Sequence record: OU509535.1
Length of the DNA stretch: 64,000 bases
Reading direction: 5' to 3' (one strand)
Part shown: positions 40,903-50,055 of the stretch, piece after piece
Layout: each line of letters begins with the position of its first letter
Position numbering within the stretch: position 1 is the stretch's first letter
Position numbers and translations under genes: made by a program
Notes under the pieces: model-generated
Databases searched by the model: none
Told to the model about the DNA's origin: nothing
What the model saw: the letters and a program-made list of their open reading frames with translations, nothing else

Positions 40903-41394
40903 ATGTATACTGTCATTTTTGTATCACAGCCGTATAATAATGAAGATGATTATTCAAAAAGTACAGATGGTTCTATGACAATCAAGAATTCAAATTCTAA
41001 ATTGGAAACAAATAAGATTATCCATGAATTGATTAATGATTATTATCATAAAGATAATAAAAACACAGCATTAAATCATTTAGATTATGGTGATTTCGGC
41101 CTGGTCGTATTACTTGATGGTTGTGTACTACAAGAATTTAACATGAATGATATTGATTACAGTGATTTAACATCACCAATTAAAAGTACTGATTATTTTG
41201 ACATTAAATCAATTGATAATAAAGTTTCCAAGAACATTAGTAATATTAACAAATTTACTCATGATTTTAAACTTGAAGAATCTAATACTTTCAGAAAGTT
41301 GAAAACTATGTATCAGGCGATTGAAATGGAGAAAAATGAACGTAGACAACTTAGTATTTTATTAGAAAAATATCCAGATATGGGTGGTCGATAA
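40903..41394 (+). CDS. Hypothetical protein
   Basis: Probable start MYTVIF after GAGG. Confidence 0.7.
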   Translation: MYTVIFVSQPYNNEDDYSKSTDGSMTIKNSNSKLETNKIIHELINDYYHKDNKNTALNHLDYGDFGLVVLLDGCVLQEFNMNDIDYSDLTSPIKSTDYFDIKSIDNKVSKNISNINKFTHDFKLEESNTFRKLKTMYQAIEMEKNERRQLSILLEKYPDMGGR

Positions 41395-41720
41395 TGGCAT
41401 TGCGTTCAATAAAGAAATATAGTGCAACCACAAAAATAATCAAAAAAGATGGTTATGATTTAGTACTAAAACCTGAATATCAATATATTAAAAATGCTAT
41501 CTTTGAAATGCCATATGGTGCTAAAAGAAGAAAAATTATTCTTGATATGTTAAGAGAAGGTGTTGAATTTAAAGTTAATGGTATGCATGATATCCAAACC
41601 AAAAATGATCCAGATATTAAACGATTGTTGAAGTGCAAGAAAATAGAGATGTTTAATGTGAGAAGTGGTTCATGGTCAGATCGTAGTAAACATACATACT
41701 TGAGGATTAAAAATGGATGA
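41394..41720 (+). CDS. Basic hypothetical protein
   Basis: 108 aa, Lys/Arg-rich, coupled start. Confidence 0.65.
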   Translation: MALRSIKKYSATTKIIKKDGYDLVLKPEYQYIKNAIFEMPYGAKRRKIILDMLREGVEFKVNGMHDIQTKNDPDIKRLLKCKKIEMFNVRSGSWSDRSKHTYLRIKNG

Positions 41721-41883
41721 AAATGATTTAGAAATTTTATTAGCAAATAATCTAAGTATTGAGATCAGTACTGAAGATGATTCATATGAAGATATGGATG
41801 GTAATATTGTTCGTAGAAATCATATTACTGTTAGTATTTTATACAAAGGAAAGGTAATAAGCACAGATATTAGTACTGTATAA
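41713..41883 (+). CDS. Small hypothetical protein (56 aa, MDENDLEILL...)
   Basis: Translated by hand; GAGG SD; fills the gap before tdk. Confidence 0.55.
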   Translation: MDENDLEILLANNLSIEISTEDDSYEDMDGNIVRRNHITVSILYKGKVISTDISTV

Positions 41884-41894
41884 GGAAATACAAA

Positions 41895-42470
41895 ATGAGT
41901 TTGATTTATACTTTCGCGGTGATGGCCGCGGGGAAAAGTACACAATTATTACAAAATGCATATAATCACAGTAAAAATGGATTAAAAGTACTGTATTATA
42001 CAAGTTCATTAGATAATAGATATGGTGTAGGAAAAATAACATCAAGAATTGGTATTAATGCAAATGCTGAGGTGATTCCAAAAGATGATCTTTCAGTACT
42101 GCAAAATATCATCGAACTGTTGAAGAAAGACGACTACGTTGCTATTTTTGTTGATGAGTGTCAATTTTTGAATTCAAAACAGGTTGACTTTTTGAGTGAT
42201 ATCGTTGATAATTACGAAATAGACATTTATTGCTACGGTATTAAAACTGACTTTGAAGGTAAGTTGTTTGAAGGTAGCAAACGATTAATAGAAATTGCTG
42301 ATTCCGTTAAAGAACTGGAAAATTTATGTGAAAATCATAAATGTAAAAACTTAGCTATTATGAATGCTCGTATAGTCGATAGTACTGAACAAGTACTGAT
42401 TGGCGGTTCTGAAGCATACAAAAGCTTATGTAGAAAGTGTTATAAAAATCATATTTCTAAAAGAGGTTAA
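41895..42470 (+). CDS. tdk: Thymidine kinase
   Basis: AVMAAGKST P-loop, VDECQF, YGIKTDF, C-terminal zinc cysteines and IGGSEAY. Confidence 0.95.
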   Translation: MSLIYTFAVMAAGKSTQLLQNAYNHSKNGLKVLYYTSSLDNRYGVGKITSRIGINANAEVIPKDDLSVLQNIIELLKKDDYVAIFVDECQFLNSKQVDFLSDIVDNYEIDIYCYGIKTDFEGKLFEGSKRLIEIADSVKELENLCENHKCKNLAIMNARIVDSTEQVLIGGSEAYKSLCRKCYKNHISKRG

Positions 42471-42474
42471 TGCA

Positions 42475-42702
42475 ATGAAAATCATTAAAAATATTTTCAC
42501 TCGCGTTGGGGAAGGTATTGTTGAATCTTTTTCTTTTATGTTTGGCACAGCCTGTAATTTAATTGCAGTACTGTGGTTTTCTTTGGCTTTACATTTTGTT
42601 CCAGTGTGGTTTATTGCTACAGTTATAATTGTGATTCTGTTAGTGGTAATTTATTTTACATATAAAGATGAACTCGATTCAATTAAAGAATCCGATGATT
42701 AA
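42475..42702 (+). CDS. Small membrane protein
   Basis: Start MKIIKN; two hydrophobic segments. Confidence 0.6.
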   Translation: MKIIKNIFTRVGEGIVESFSFMFGTACNLIAVLWFSLALHFVPVWFIATVIIVILLVVIYFTYKDELDSIKESDD

Positions 42703-42706
42703 TAAC

Positions 42707-42733
42707 AAAAACTTCTCCTTTTGGGGAAGTTTT
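42707..42733 (+). terminator. Terminator
   Basis: AAAACTTCTCC-TTTT-GGGGAAGTTTT. Confidence 0.7.
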
Positions 42734-42750
42734 ATTTTTAAGGTACTAAT

Positions 42751-43215
42751 ATGTTAATTGCTTATTTTGTATTAATGTTCTTTACTTTAGTTATTGTAGT
42801 GCTGGATGGTTCTTATATTGGTTTATTCGGTAAAACTATCCAGAACTATCGTATCGCAGGAGCAGTAAATGATTCAGAGTCAAGACGTGTATCATATCTA
42901 TGTGCGAGAGCATTAAATCATGAAATTGATGTTAAAATAATCGAAGAGAAACATGAATCTTATCTGGTATTCAAAGATGAATTAGTATGTCTTGATATTA
43001 CAGACCGATTGAGATGGACGTTCGGTAATAGAATGAAGATGAACAGTGTAACACAGGAAACTTTTATTAAAAACTGTGATAACGGAAGCAATAATTTGTC
43101 TATTAGTACCAAAAAAGATATTGAAGAAGTTATTCAGTACTGTAAAAATAATAATCTAATTGATTCTTATAAGAGTTACGTGTCAATTAGTGATGACCAT
43201 TGGTGGTTTGAATGA
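42751..43215 (+). CDS. Hypothetical membrane-anchored protein
   Basis: N-terminal hydrophobic segment; 154 aa. Confidence 0.68.
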   Translation: MLIAYFVLMFFTLVIVVLDGSYIGLFGKTIQNYRIAGAVNDSESRRVSYLCARALNHEIDVKIIEEKHESYLVFKDELVCLDITDRLRWTFGNRMKMNSVTQETFIKNCDNGSNNLSISTKKDIEEVIQYCKNNNLIDSYKSYVSISDDHWWFE

Positions 43216-43628
43216 GAGTACGTAAACACAAATTAAAACACTATAACAAAATTATCAAAAAATATTATTTAATTGATGATGATTTTATACGTAAAATGTA
43301 TCGTTCACTACATACCAGAGTATACCCCGACTGTGTATTGAATGATAATAAAAAATACTACAATCCTGGTAAATCCAAGTACAAGAAAAAAGTAAAAAAA
43401 GAAAAATTTAAAACTAAGAATTCTTTTGAAAAATTCATTCCAATGAGTAAAATATATGCATGGATACCAATCACTTATTACAATCCAGTCAAAAGAAGTA
43501 GAATAAAAGATATATCCAATGGTTATATAATGTGCAGCCGAGTTGATCTGAATGAAATTCTTGGTACTGAATACAATGAAATGGATTTCCAAAATATGAA
43601 TTTAATTTCATATTTTTCAGAGTGGTGA
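43212..43628 (+). CDS. Basic hypothetical protein
   Basis: 138 aa, Lys-rich, ATGA overlap. Confidence 0.62.
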   Translation: MRVRKHKLKHYNKIIKKYYLIDDDFIRKMYRSLHTRVYPDCVLNDNKKYYNPGKSKYKKKVKKEKFKTKNSFEKFIPMSKIYAWIPITYYNPVKRSRIKDISNGYIMCSRVDLNEILGTEYNEMDFQNMNLISYFSEW

Positions 43629-43666
43629 TTTAATTTTTTTGGATATTTTTTATTAGGTGTGATATA

Positions 43667-44008
43667 ATGTATACAAATAAAGCACAAGTTGACACAATGT
43701 ACTGGAATATTCATATTGCTGGGGATTTAGCAGCAGCGGAACGTTTTTGTACTGAATATGCATTTCAAAAAGGTTGGTGTACTCAGATTTATCCATGCAA
43801 GTACATTTATACTGGTGGACAGGAATCTGGTATTGTAGCTCGCATTATTTCTTATCCACGTTTCAAGAAGAGTTTTGAAATTCAAAACGCAGAAGTTATT
43901 GATTTTGCCAAGAAATTAGCAGAACGTCTTTGTCAGAAAAGTTTTACAATTGAAAATAAAGATACCAGTACTTATTACGAAAGTGATAATCCACTACATG
44001 GAAAATAA
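43667..44008 (+). CDS. Hypothetical protein
   Basis: 113 aa; AGGTG SD; YIYTGGQESG...ISYPRF motif. Confidence 0.72.
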   Translation: MYTNKAQVDTMYWNIHIAGDLAAAERFCTEYAFQKGWCTQIYPCKYIYTGGQESGIVARIISYPRFKKSFEIQNAEVIDFAKKLAERLCQKSFTIENKDTSTYYESDNPLHGK

Positions 44009-44488
44009 ATGAAAGCTAAAATTACTTATACGTATGAATTTGATCCATCAGAATCTGAGTTTTGGTCACATGAAACTGAACAAGATATGCTTAATGTATT
44101 AACTAGTAATGCTGAATCTGGATTTCATAGAGTTCGTTGGAATCATGAATATCAACATAAAGTTTCTGATTTTAGTTATTCTATAAAACATGCTAAAAAT
44201 ACTTTTGATATAATTATTGAAAGTGAGTATCCGATTCATCGTTGTGAAGAATTTCTTGAAGATTTCAGTGATGATTGTTTTGAAGATCTTATGTCACAAT
44301 TTTCTGTGTATTATTCAAAACATAACGTTGAGATTAAAAATTGGATAGAAATACCTACTAAACCAGGAAAATGTTCTCACATTTATCAACACTTGCAATT
44401 TATGGCAGTTGGTGATAAAATAAAAGAATTGAAGAAATGTGAAAAGTGTGAAGAAGTCTTTACATTTGACGTTAAAAAAGGAAAATAG
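44009..44488 (+). CDS. Hypothetical protein
   Basis: 159 aa; C-terminal C.H...C..C putative zinc ribbon. Confidence 0.7.
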   Translation: MKAKITYTYEFDPSESEFWSHETEQDMLNVLTSNAESGFHRVRWNHEYQHKVSDFSYSIKHAKNTFDIIIESEYPIHRCEEFLEDFSDDCFEDLMSQFSVYYSKHNVEIKNWIEIPTKPGKCSHIYQHLQFMAVGDKIKELKKCEKCEEVFTFDVKKGK

Positions 44489-44623
44489 ATGAAAGGATTG
44501 CGAAATTTTACATATGCTACGTACATTGCAATACGTACTAGTTACGAAATGAACCCAGTACTGACTACTGCTCTTGGAACAGTTACGGTACTTTTTGTTT
44601 TGAGTATATTTGGAGTTATTTAA
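44489..44623 (+). CDS. Small hydrophobic protein (44 aa)
   Basis: Translated by hand: MKGLRNFTYATY...LFVLSIFGVI*. Confidence 0.45.
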   Translation: MKGLRNFTYATYIAIRTSYEMNPVLTTALGTVTVLFVLSIFGVI

Positions 44624-44625
44624 TA

Positions 44626-44832
44626 ATGTCTGTGAAAATCAATGCTGATATTTACTGTAGTGGTGCACCGAACTATTTTATTTTTGCAGTAAGTACATCT
44701 TATGATAGTAAAGGTGATTCTTATACTTTGATTAATAATACACATTGGGTACGTACAAGTAACCCCATTGATATTTCTGAATTATCAAACTATTATAGCA
44801 TTGGAAAAGACAGTATTTTTGTAAACAATTGA
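44626..44832 (+). CDS. Small hypothetical protein
   Basis: 68 aa ORF within the operon. Confidence 0.55.
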   Translation: MSVKINADIYCSGAPNYFIFAVSTSYDSKGDSYTLINNTHWVRTSNPIDISELSNYYSIGKDSIFVNN

Positions 44833-44842
44833 GGAATATTAC

Positions 44843-45250
44843 GTGATTTCATTGGAAGGTACATTACAATATGATCCACCAAGGACTATTAAAATCAATG
44901 AACCTTATTGGTTAGTACTAAACCTACCAGATGAAATTATTAAGTACTACCAATGGTTTGTTCGTAAAGAACTATTCATTGATATTAAAGATCCTCCACA
45001 CAGTGCTCATGTGAGCATAGTTCGTGGTGAAGTTCCTCCTAATATTGATATGTGGAAAAAATATGATGGGATGGAATTACATTTCCAATATTATCCATAT
45101 ATTACAATTAAAAAGGATGAGAAAAATCCAGGAAATTTTTTCTTTATTAACTTTTATTCTGATAAAATAATGAACATTCGAGACGAACTGGGATTATATT
45201 CCAAATATTCCGAGTGGCATTTTACGATTGGTAGAACTCACTACGACTAA
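44843..45250 (+). CDS. 2H phosphoesterase family protein
   Basis: Two HxS/T motifs (AHVSIV, WHFTIG) about 80 aa apart; GAGG SD with GTG start. Confidence 0.72.
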   Translation: MISLEGTLQYDPPRTIKINEPYWLVLNLPDEIIKYYQWFVRKELFIDIKDPPHSAHVSIVRGEVPPNIDMWKKYDGMELHFQYYPYITIKKDEKNPGNFFFINFYSDKIMNIRDELGLYSKYSEWHFTIGRTHYD

Positions 45251-45257
45251 ATATAAT

Positions 45258-45291
45258 TTGACATTAAATGAAATCAGTATTAAAATACTGA
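45258..45291 (+). promoter_or_regulatory. Sigma70 promoter with an inverted repeat across the -10 box
   Basis: TTGACA-17 nt-TAAAAT; TCAGTAT-TAAA-ATACTGA overlaps the -10. Confidence 0.7.
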
Positions 45292-45306
45292 GATTGTTAA
45301 GTCCAT

Positions 45307-45376
45307 AGTGGCTTGATGCGGAAAAGCCACTTTCTGTATCAAGCCTTTTATTAAACAAAAAAGGAGAAATACAGAA
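45307..45376 (+). promoter_or_regulatory. Alternative-structure leader (terminator / antiterminator / anti-RBS)
   Basis: Helix B 45310-45324/45331-45345 (15 bp, 2 G:U) plus U tract; helix A 45307-14/45324-31; helix C 45332-39/45369-76. Confidence 0.6.
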
Positions 45377-45377
45377 C

Positions 45378-46280
45378 ATGGCGAAACATAACAGAAAAAC
45401 CATCAAAAAGCTTATTCTTTTAAGTGGTTTAACTGTTCTTGCTGCCGCTACATTTGAATTTAACGCTTTTTCTAATAACGATCACTTATCATCGCAAAAG
45501 GTAAGTATACAGGAACCGCATATTCAGCAAATTCAAAAGCAAGTACTTAATATTACAGTACTTAACAGCGAGAATGAAAAATACACGGTACAGGCTGGTG
45601 ATACATATAAAAGTATTTCCGTTAAATATAAGCCAAAAAACGTGAAACTATCCGAGTATATCACATTAATAAAAAATATTAATTTGAATGCTCCTATTAG
45701 AACTTCTCAAGTTATCCTCTTACCTAATAAAGAGGATTTGCAGAGCATTATGACTGATGAGGTTATAAAATTCGATTATACAAACCCAAATTTTATTTCT
45801 CACTTAAAAGAACAAGAGGGATCAAAAAAATATCAAAGTACTACTAAACGTAGATTGTTAAATGGTACTTATGGTTATTCTTACAAAAACTCTAAGTTCT
45901 ATCCATACAGAGATAGCTATGGTAATTACACCATAGGCTTCGGTCATTATATTTCTCGTAATGAATCAGTTGCAATGAAGTACAAAAATGGCATCAGTAC
46001 TAAGGAAGCACATGATTTATTACTTGAAGATCTTAAAGTTACTGATTTACAATTAACCAAGTTATTACAAGAAAAGAATGTTAAAAATTTGAGTCCATAC
46101 CAAGAGAGGGTATTATTTGAAATGACATTTATGTTAGGTTCAGATAAATTGTCAAAATTCCATACAATGTGGAGTGGTATTAAAACTGGAAATCATAAAA
46201 AGGTTAAACAGGCTATTGTCAATTCATTGTGGTATCGTCAGGTACCAAATCGTGCTGAATTGCTGGTAAACAATCTTTAA
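45378..46280 (+). CDS. LysM-domain lysozyme (T4-type/GH24-like) with N-terminal hydrophobic segment
   Basis: YTVQAGDTYKSI (LysM), YRDSYGNYTIGFGH, FMLG..LSKF and SLWYRQVPNRA lysozyme motifs. Confidence 0.85.
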   Translation: MAKHNRKTIKKLILLSGLTVLAAATFEFNAFSNNDHLSSQKVSIQEPHIQQIQKQVLNITVLNSENEKYTVQAGDTYKSISVKYKPKNVKLSEYITLIKNINLNAPIRTSQVILLPNKEDLQSIMTDEVIKFDYTNPNFISHLKEQEGSKKYQSTTKRRLLNGTYGYSYKNSKFYPYRDSYGNYTIGFGHYISRNESVAMKYKNGISTKEAHDLLLEDLKVTDLQLTKLLQEKNVKNLSPYQERVLFEMTFMLGSDKLSKFHTMWSGIKTGNHKKVKQAIVNSLWYRQVPNRAELLVNNL

Positions 46281-46296
46281 AACATTTTTTTTGGCA

Positions 46297-46326
46297 TTGA
46301 CAACATTACAGATTGTGTGTTATAAT
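46297..46326 (+). promoter_or_regulatory. Consensus sigma70 promoter
   Basis: TTGACA-18 nt-TATAAT. Confidence 0.8.
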
Positions 46327-46351
46327 AAAGGGACTTTAAGAGTCCCTTTTT
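46327..46351 (+). terminator. Terminator after the lysozyme gene
   Basis: AAAGGGACT-TTAAG-AGTCCCTTTTT. Confidence 0.8.
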
Positions 46352-46366
46352 CTATTTGGAAAATGT

Positions 46367-46828
46367 ATGCAAGAAACAATCAAATCTATTTCATTGAAAA
46401 ATGAATTACAATCTGTACTTGATATTAAAGATATTCATTACTATAAAAATACATATAAAAATAATAAATTTAGTGCAGGATGGTTTAAAATAACAAAAAA
46501 TACAAGTATTTGTCAGGCACGTTGTGGTGTGAATTATGCTTCGTATCTTTGTATTGAAGTACTTTATCCAAACAGAGATGAATTAAAATTTAAGTTATAC
46601 AATGATGCAATTGTATTGGAAGTGAGAAACGGGTTTATTAATATTTTTACGTTTAAACATGTACAACATTGTAGATTTACACCTGATTTATCTTATGATA
46701 TGTACCATCAATATATGTTCATTGAAGACCATTGGAATTTATCATATGATGAGTATTCAGTACTGAACAAGATTTATAATAAATGTAAAGATAATTTATT
46801 GAAAGAAGAAAAAAATATGAAGGGTTAA
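46367..46828 (+). CDS. Hypothetical protein
   Basis: 153 aa; C-terminal resemblance to 32677-33075 (aromatic F..E/D...N.S..EY) is possible but weak. Confidence 0.7.
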   Translation: MQETIKSISLKNELQSVLDIKDIHYYKNTYKNNKFSAGWFKITKNTSICQARCGVNYASYLCIEVLYPNRDELKFKLYNDAIVLEVRNGFINIFTFKHVQHCRFTPDLSYDMYHQYMFIEDHWNLSYDEYSVLNKIYNKCKDNLLKEEKNMKG

Positions 46829-46831
46829 AAT

Positions 46832-47938
46832 ATGAAAAAATATCTGGTAGGTGGTTATTGTCGTGATCGTCTTATGGGATTAAAACCAAAAGACAAAGAT
46901 TATGTCATTGTTGGTGCTAATGAATCAGATATAAAATATCTGGAAAGTGCTGGATACAAACAGGTTGGTGTTGATTTCCCTGTGTATTTGAGTCCAAAGG
47001 GTAATGAATTTGCATTAGCTCGTGTAGAAAGAAAAACAGGGAATGGATATGGTGGTTTTACCGTTGAAACAAAAGGTGTCACTCTTGAAGAAGACTTATC
47101 TCGTCGAGATTTGACAATTAATAGTATTGCATATGAACCACTAATGGGAATCCACATTGACCCATTTAAAGGAAGAGATGATATTAAAAATAAAATCTTG
47201 CGTCATACAAGTTCAGCTTTTAGTGAAGATCCACTCCGTGTTCTAAGGCTTGCTCGTTTTGCTACACGTTTTCAGGATTTTACTATTCATTCTGATACTG
47301 AACAAATGGTAATTGATATGGTACAAAGTGGTGAAACTGATTACTTGGTACCTGACCGAGTTTATGTTGAATTTAAAAAAGCATTTTCAGAAGAAAAACC
47401 AGGTCGATTTATTAAAGTATTAAATGATATTGGATATATTCCCAAAGTACTACCTAAGTTTAAATGTACTAAAAAGAACATCGAATTGATTGATTATATT
47501 TCGATGAATTGTACTGAACAATGGAAAGATTATTTCATTTGGAGTGTATTACTACAGGATGAAATTACTAATATTGAATCTAAAATCCGTGTACCACAAA
47601 AATACATTAAATTTAGTTCTTTTGTAGACCGTATGAAGGAAAATATTAAAACGTTTCGTAAAAAATCAGTAGAGGAAATGTGTGATATTCTCTTTGATAT
47701 GAATATCAAAAATAACGGTGGTGAAGAGTTTTTATATAAAGTACTGGAGTATTTTATTCTACGAAAAGAAATTGATGTAGACTTAGAAGACTTGATTATT
47801 AAAGTATATGACAGATATGATAGTACTGTCATTCCTGATATTCAGGAAATGGTAAAAGCTGGGGAACTTGATCCAAAAGACATTCGTGATTTTGTTCAAA
47901 ATACACGCTATCATGAAATTAAAAAAATGTTTATCTGA
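46832..47938 (+). CDS. cca: tRNA nucleotidyltransferase (CCA-adding enzyme)
   Basis: YLVGGYCRD...KDKDYV, EFALARVERK, EEDLSRRDLTINSIA, FSEDPLRVLRLARF. Confidence 0.95.
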   Translation: MKKYLVGGYCRDRLMGLKPKDKDYVIVGANESDIKYLESAGYKQVGVDFPVYLSPKGNEFALARVERKTGNGYGGFTVETKGVTLEEDLSRRDLTINSIAYEPLMGIHIDPFKGRDDIKNKILRHTSSAFSEDPLRVLRLARFATRFQDFTIHSDTEQMVIDMVQSGETDYLVPDRVYVEFKKAFSEEKPGRFIKVLNDIGYIPKVLPKFKCTKKNIELIDYISMNCTEQWKDYFIWSVLLQDEITNIESKIRVPQKYIKFSSFVDRMKENIKTFRKKSVEEMCDILFDMNIKNNGGEEFLYKVLEYFILRKEIDVDLEDLIIKVYDRYDSTVIPDIQEMVKAGELDPKDIRDFVQNTRYHEIKKMFI

Positions 47939-47998
47939 ACGTAAGACCAAAAAAACGATATAATAAATACCACAACAGCAAGCAAAAAGGAACGTCTT

Positions 47999-48433
47999 AT
48001 GCTTTATAGTTGTGGTATTATATTTTACCAAAATGGACAAATATTATTGGGTCATTGTACTGGTCAAAAACATTGGGATTTACCAAAAGGTAAAGCTGAA
48101 AACAATGAATCATTTGTTGAAGCAGCCATAAGAGAATGCAAAGAAGAAACTGGATTTATTGTAAAAGAAAATGAATTAATTCTATTAGGAGAAGTATCCT
48201 ACCGTAAAGGAAAAAGATTAGTATTATTTTTTTGTACGTCAAAAATTAAACCAAATCCAGATGAGCTTCGATGTAGTACTACATATGTTAACAAACATGG
48301 TAAGAGAAGACCAGATATAGATTCGTACAAATATGTAGATCTAAAAGATTGTCCAAAATATTTAACACAAAGAATGTCTAAAAGTATTTTAAAATGTACA
48401 GAGATTTATAAGAAGAAAAGGGAATCGAAATGA
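47999..48433 (+). CDS. Nudix hydrolase
   Basis: Nudix box PKGKAENNESFVEAAIRECKEETG. Confidence 0.92.
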   Translation: MLYSCGIIFYQNGQILLGHCTGQKHWDLPKGKAENNESFVEAAIRECKEETGFIVKENELILLGEVSYRKGKRLVLFFCTSKIKPNPDELRCSTTYVNKHGKRRPDIDSYKYVDLKDCPKYLTQRMSKSILKCTEIYKKKRESK

Positions 48434-48678
48434 AAGTAACTATCTATGGTCGTAGTAGTGGTTGTAAGTGGTGTGATACCGCCAAAGCAGTATGTGAAAC
48501 CAATGGTTTTGATATGACATTTATTGATATCGATAGTGAAGGTATTGATGCCAATAAACTTGCTGAAATCTGTGGTGAACCAGTACGCTCAGTTCCACAA
48601 ATTTTTGTGAATGGTGAATTCGTGAAAGGTGGTTGTACTGGTTTTGTTGAAGGTCTGAAAGAAGGTAAATTCATTTGA
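48430..48678 (+). CDS. Glutaredoxin
   Basis: CKWC active site, RSVPQIFVNG...GG. Confidence 0.9.
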   Translation: MKVTIYGRSSGCKWCDTAKAVCETNGFDMTFIDIDSEGIDANKLAEICGEPVRSVPQIFVNGEFVKGGCTGFVEGLKEGKFI

Positions 48679-48905
48679 ATATTGAAGAAATCTCTAAACG
48701 TGCAAAAGAAGTTGCAGAACAATTAGGAACTGATTTCGTTATTCCAGATTATAATGCATCTAAAGAAAAAGCCGAACGTAATATTAAAATGCGTATGGAA
48801 TACTTGTCACGCAAAGAAGAATACGATAATGTAATTGAAATGATTTTTGAAAAATACAGTCCAGAAGTCATTAATTGTTTTATTAATGATATCAAGAAAT
48901 CCTAA
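48675..48905 (+). CDS. Small hypothetical protein
   Basis: 76 aa, overlapping start. Confidence 0.6.
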   Translation: MNIEEISKRAKEVAEQLGTDFVIPDYNASKEKAERNIKMRMEYLSRKEEYDNVIEMIFEKYSPEVINCFINDIKKS

Positions 48906-48953
48906 ATAATATTGAAGGAACATGATTCCTTTGTACAATAAGAGGATATTACT

Positions 48954-49193
48954 ATGCTTAGTTTCCGTGAAAAATTAGCTAAAGGTATTTTTGAACACTC
49001 TACTCCTGCTACTTTTATTCCTAAAAAATCAAAATTCTTAGGAACAATTACAGAAGATGGTTATTGTGATTTTGAAGCACCAGAGAGTGATTGGTATCTT
49101 ACTAAGGATTCAACACGAAGTAATAGACTTTATAAAAGTACACTAGCACGACAACATCGTAAAGAAGTGAAACGTATACGTTTCAAAGAATAA
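48954..49193 (+). CDS. Small hypothetical protein
   Basis: 79 aa; GAGG SD. Confidence 0.65.
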   Translation: MLSFREKLAKGIFEHSTPATFIPKKSKFLGTITEDGYCDFEAPESDWYLTKDSTRSNRLYKSTLARQHRKEVKRIRFKE

Positions 49194-49196
49194 ATC

Positions 49197-49228
49197 AAAA
49201 AAGGACTTCAAATATTTGAAGTCCTTTT
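49197..49228 (+). terminator. Terminator
   Basis: AAAAAGGACTTCA-AATATT-TGAAGTCCTTTT. Confidence 0.82.
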
Positions 49229-49244
49229 CTTTTCAGGAAAATAT

Positions 49245-49724
49245 ATGATTCAGATACACAATGGTAATCTGTTTGAAAAATACATCACACTAAACACCCC
49301 ACCAGACGCTCTACACATCATTGTACACGGTTGTAACGCACAGGGTAAGATGGGATCGGGGTTTGCTAAAGAACTCCGCACACGCTTTCCAGTGGCTTAT
49401 ACGGAGTATTCAGAACACATATCAATGATTGGTACGGATAATGTATTAGGTACTGTATCATATGTTGCCATTGATGAAAAGTTGATTATTGCAAATGCCA
49501 TTACACAGCAGTACTATGGATATGATTCCAAAAAATATGTAAGTTATGATGCAGTTGACACTGCGTTTAAAAATTTGAATGCATTTTGTGATTGTGATAA
49601 AATAATACATGTGCATTTCCCTAAGATTGGAGCCGATTTAGGCGGAGGTAACTGGAACGTTATCAAGGAAATCATTGATGGTTCACTCATCAATGCACAC
49701 AAACATTTATATATTCTAAACTAA
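49245..49724 (+). CDS. Macrodomain (ADP-ribose-binding/hydrolase) protein
   Basis: HNGNLF, HGCNAQGKMGSGFA, IANAITQ, FPKIGADLGGGNW. Confidence 0.9.
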   Translation: MIQIHNGNLFEKYITLNTPPDALHIIVHGCNAQGKMGSGFAKELRTRFPVAYTEYSEHISMIGTDNVLGTVSYVAIDEKLIIANAITQQYYGYDSKKYVSYDAVDTAFKNLNAFCDCDKIIHVHFPKIGADLGGGNWNVIKEIIDGSLINAHKHLYILN

Positions 49725-49740
49725 AAAAGGACTTGACACT

Positions 49741-50055
49741 ATGACTAAAAATGTTAAACTATTCCATGTAAATTCAGTTGGTCCAGTACTGGCAATCATC
49801 CAACAAGAAACCGCCGAGGCTATTGTTGTGAATGACCCACTACAATTGGGTACAGATGAAAAAGGTGAACTAATGATGATGGATTATCTTGATATGATTA
49901 CTGAACACAAAGCAGTTGTATTTTACAAAAACAACATCATTAGTGTGAGTACTCCAGTACCACAACTGGCTAAACTTTATGTTGAAGCAGTCAAGGGTGA
50001 AGAAGATTCTGCTCCTAAGCTAATCGTCCCTGACAATAAAATTATCACACGTTAA
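49741..50055 (+). CDS. Hypothetical protein (possible Sm-like beta fold)
   Basis: 104 aa; beta-rich, with a C-terminal KLIVP tail. Confidence 0.6.
   Translation: MTKNVKLFHVNSVGPVLAIIQQETAEAIVVNDPLQLGTDEKGELMMMDYLDMITEHKAVVFYKNNIISVSTPVPQLAKLYVEAVKGEEDSAPKLIVPDNKIITR

Noticed and set aside
45275-45290. LexA box at the lysozyme promoter
   Set aside because: The site is CAG-N10-CTG, the reverse arrangement of the LexA CTG-N10-CAG consensus.
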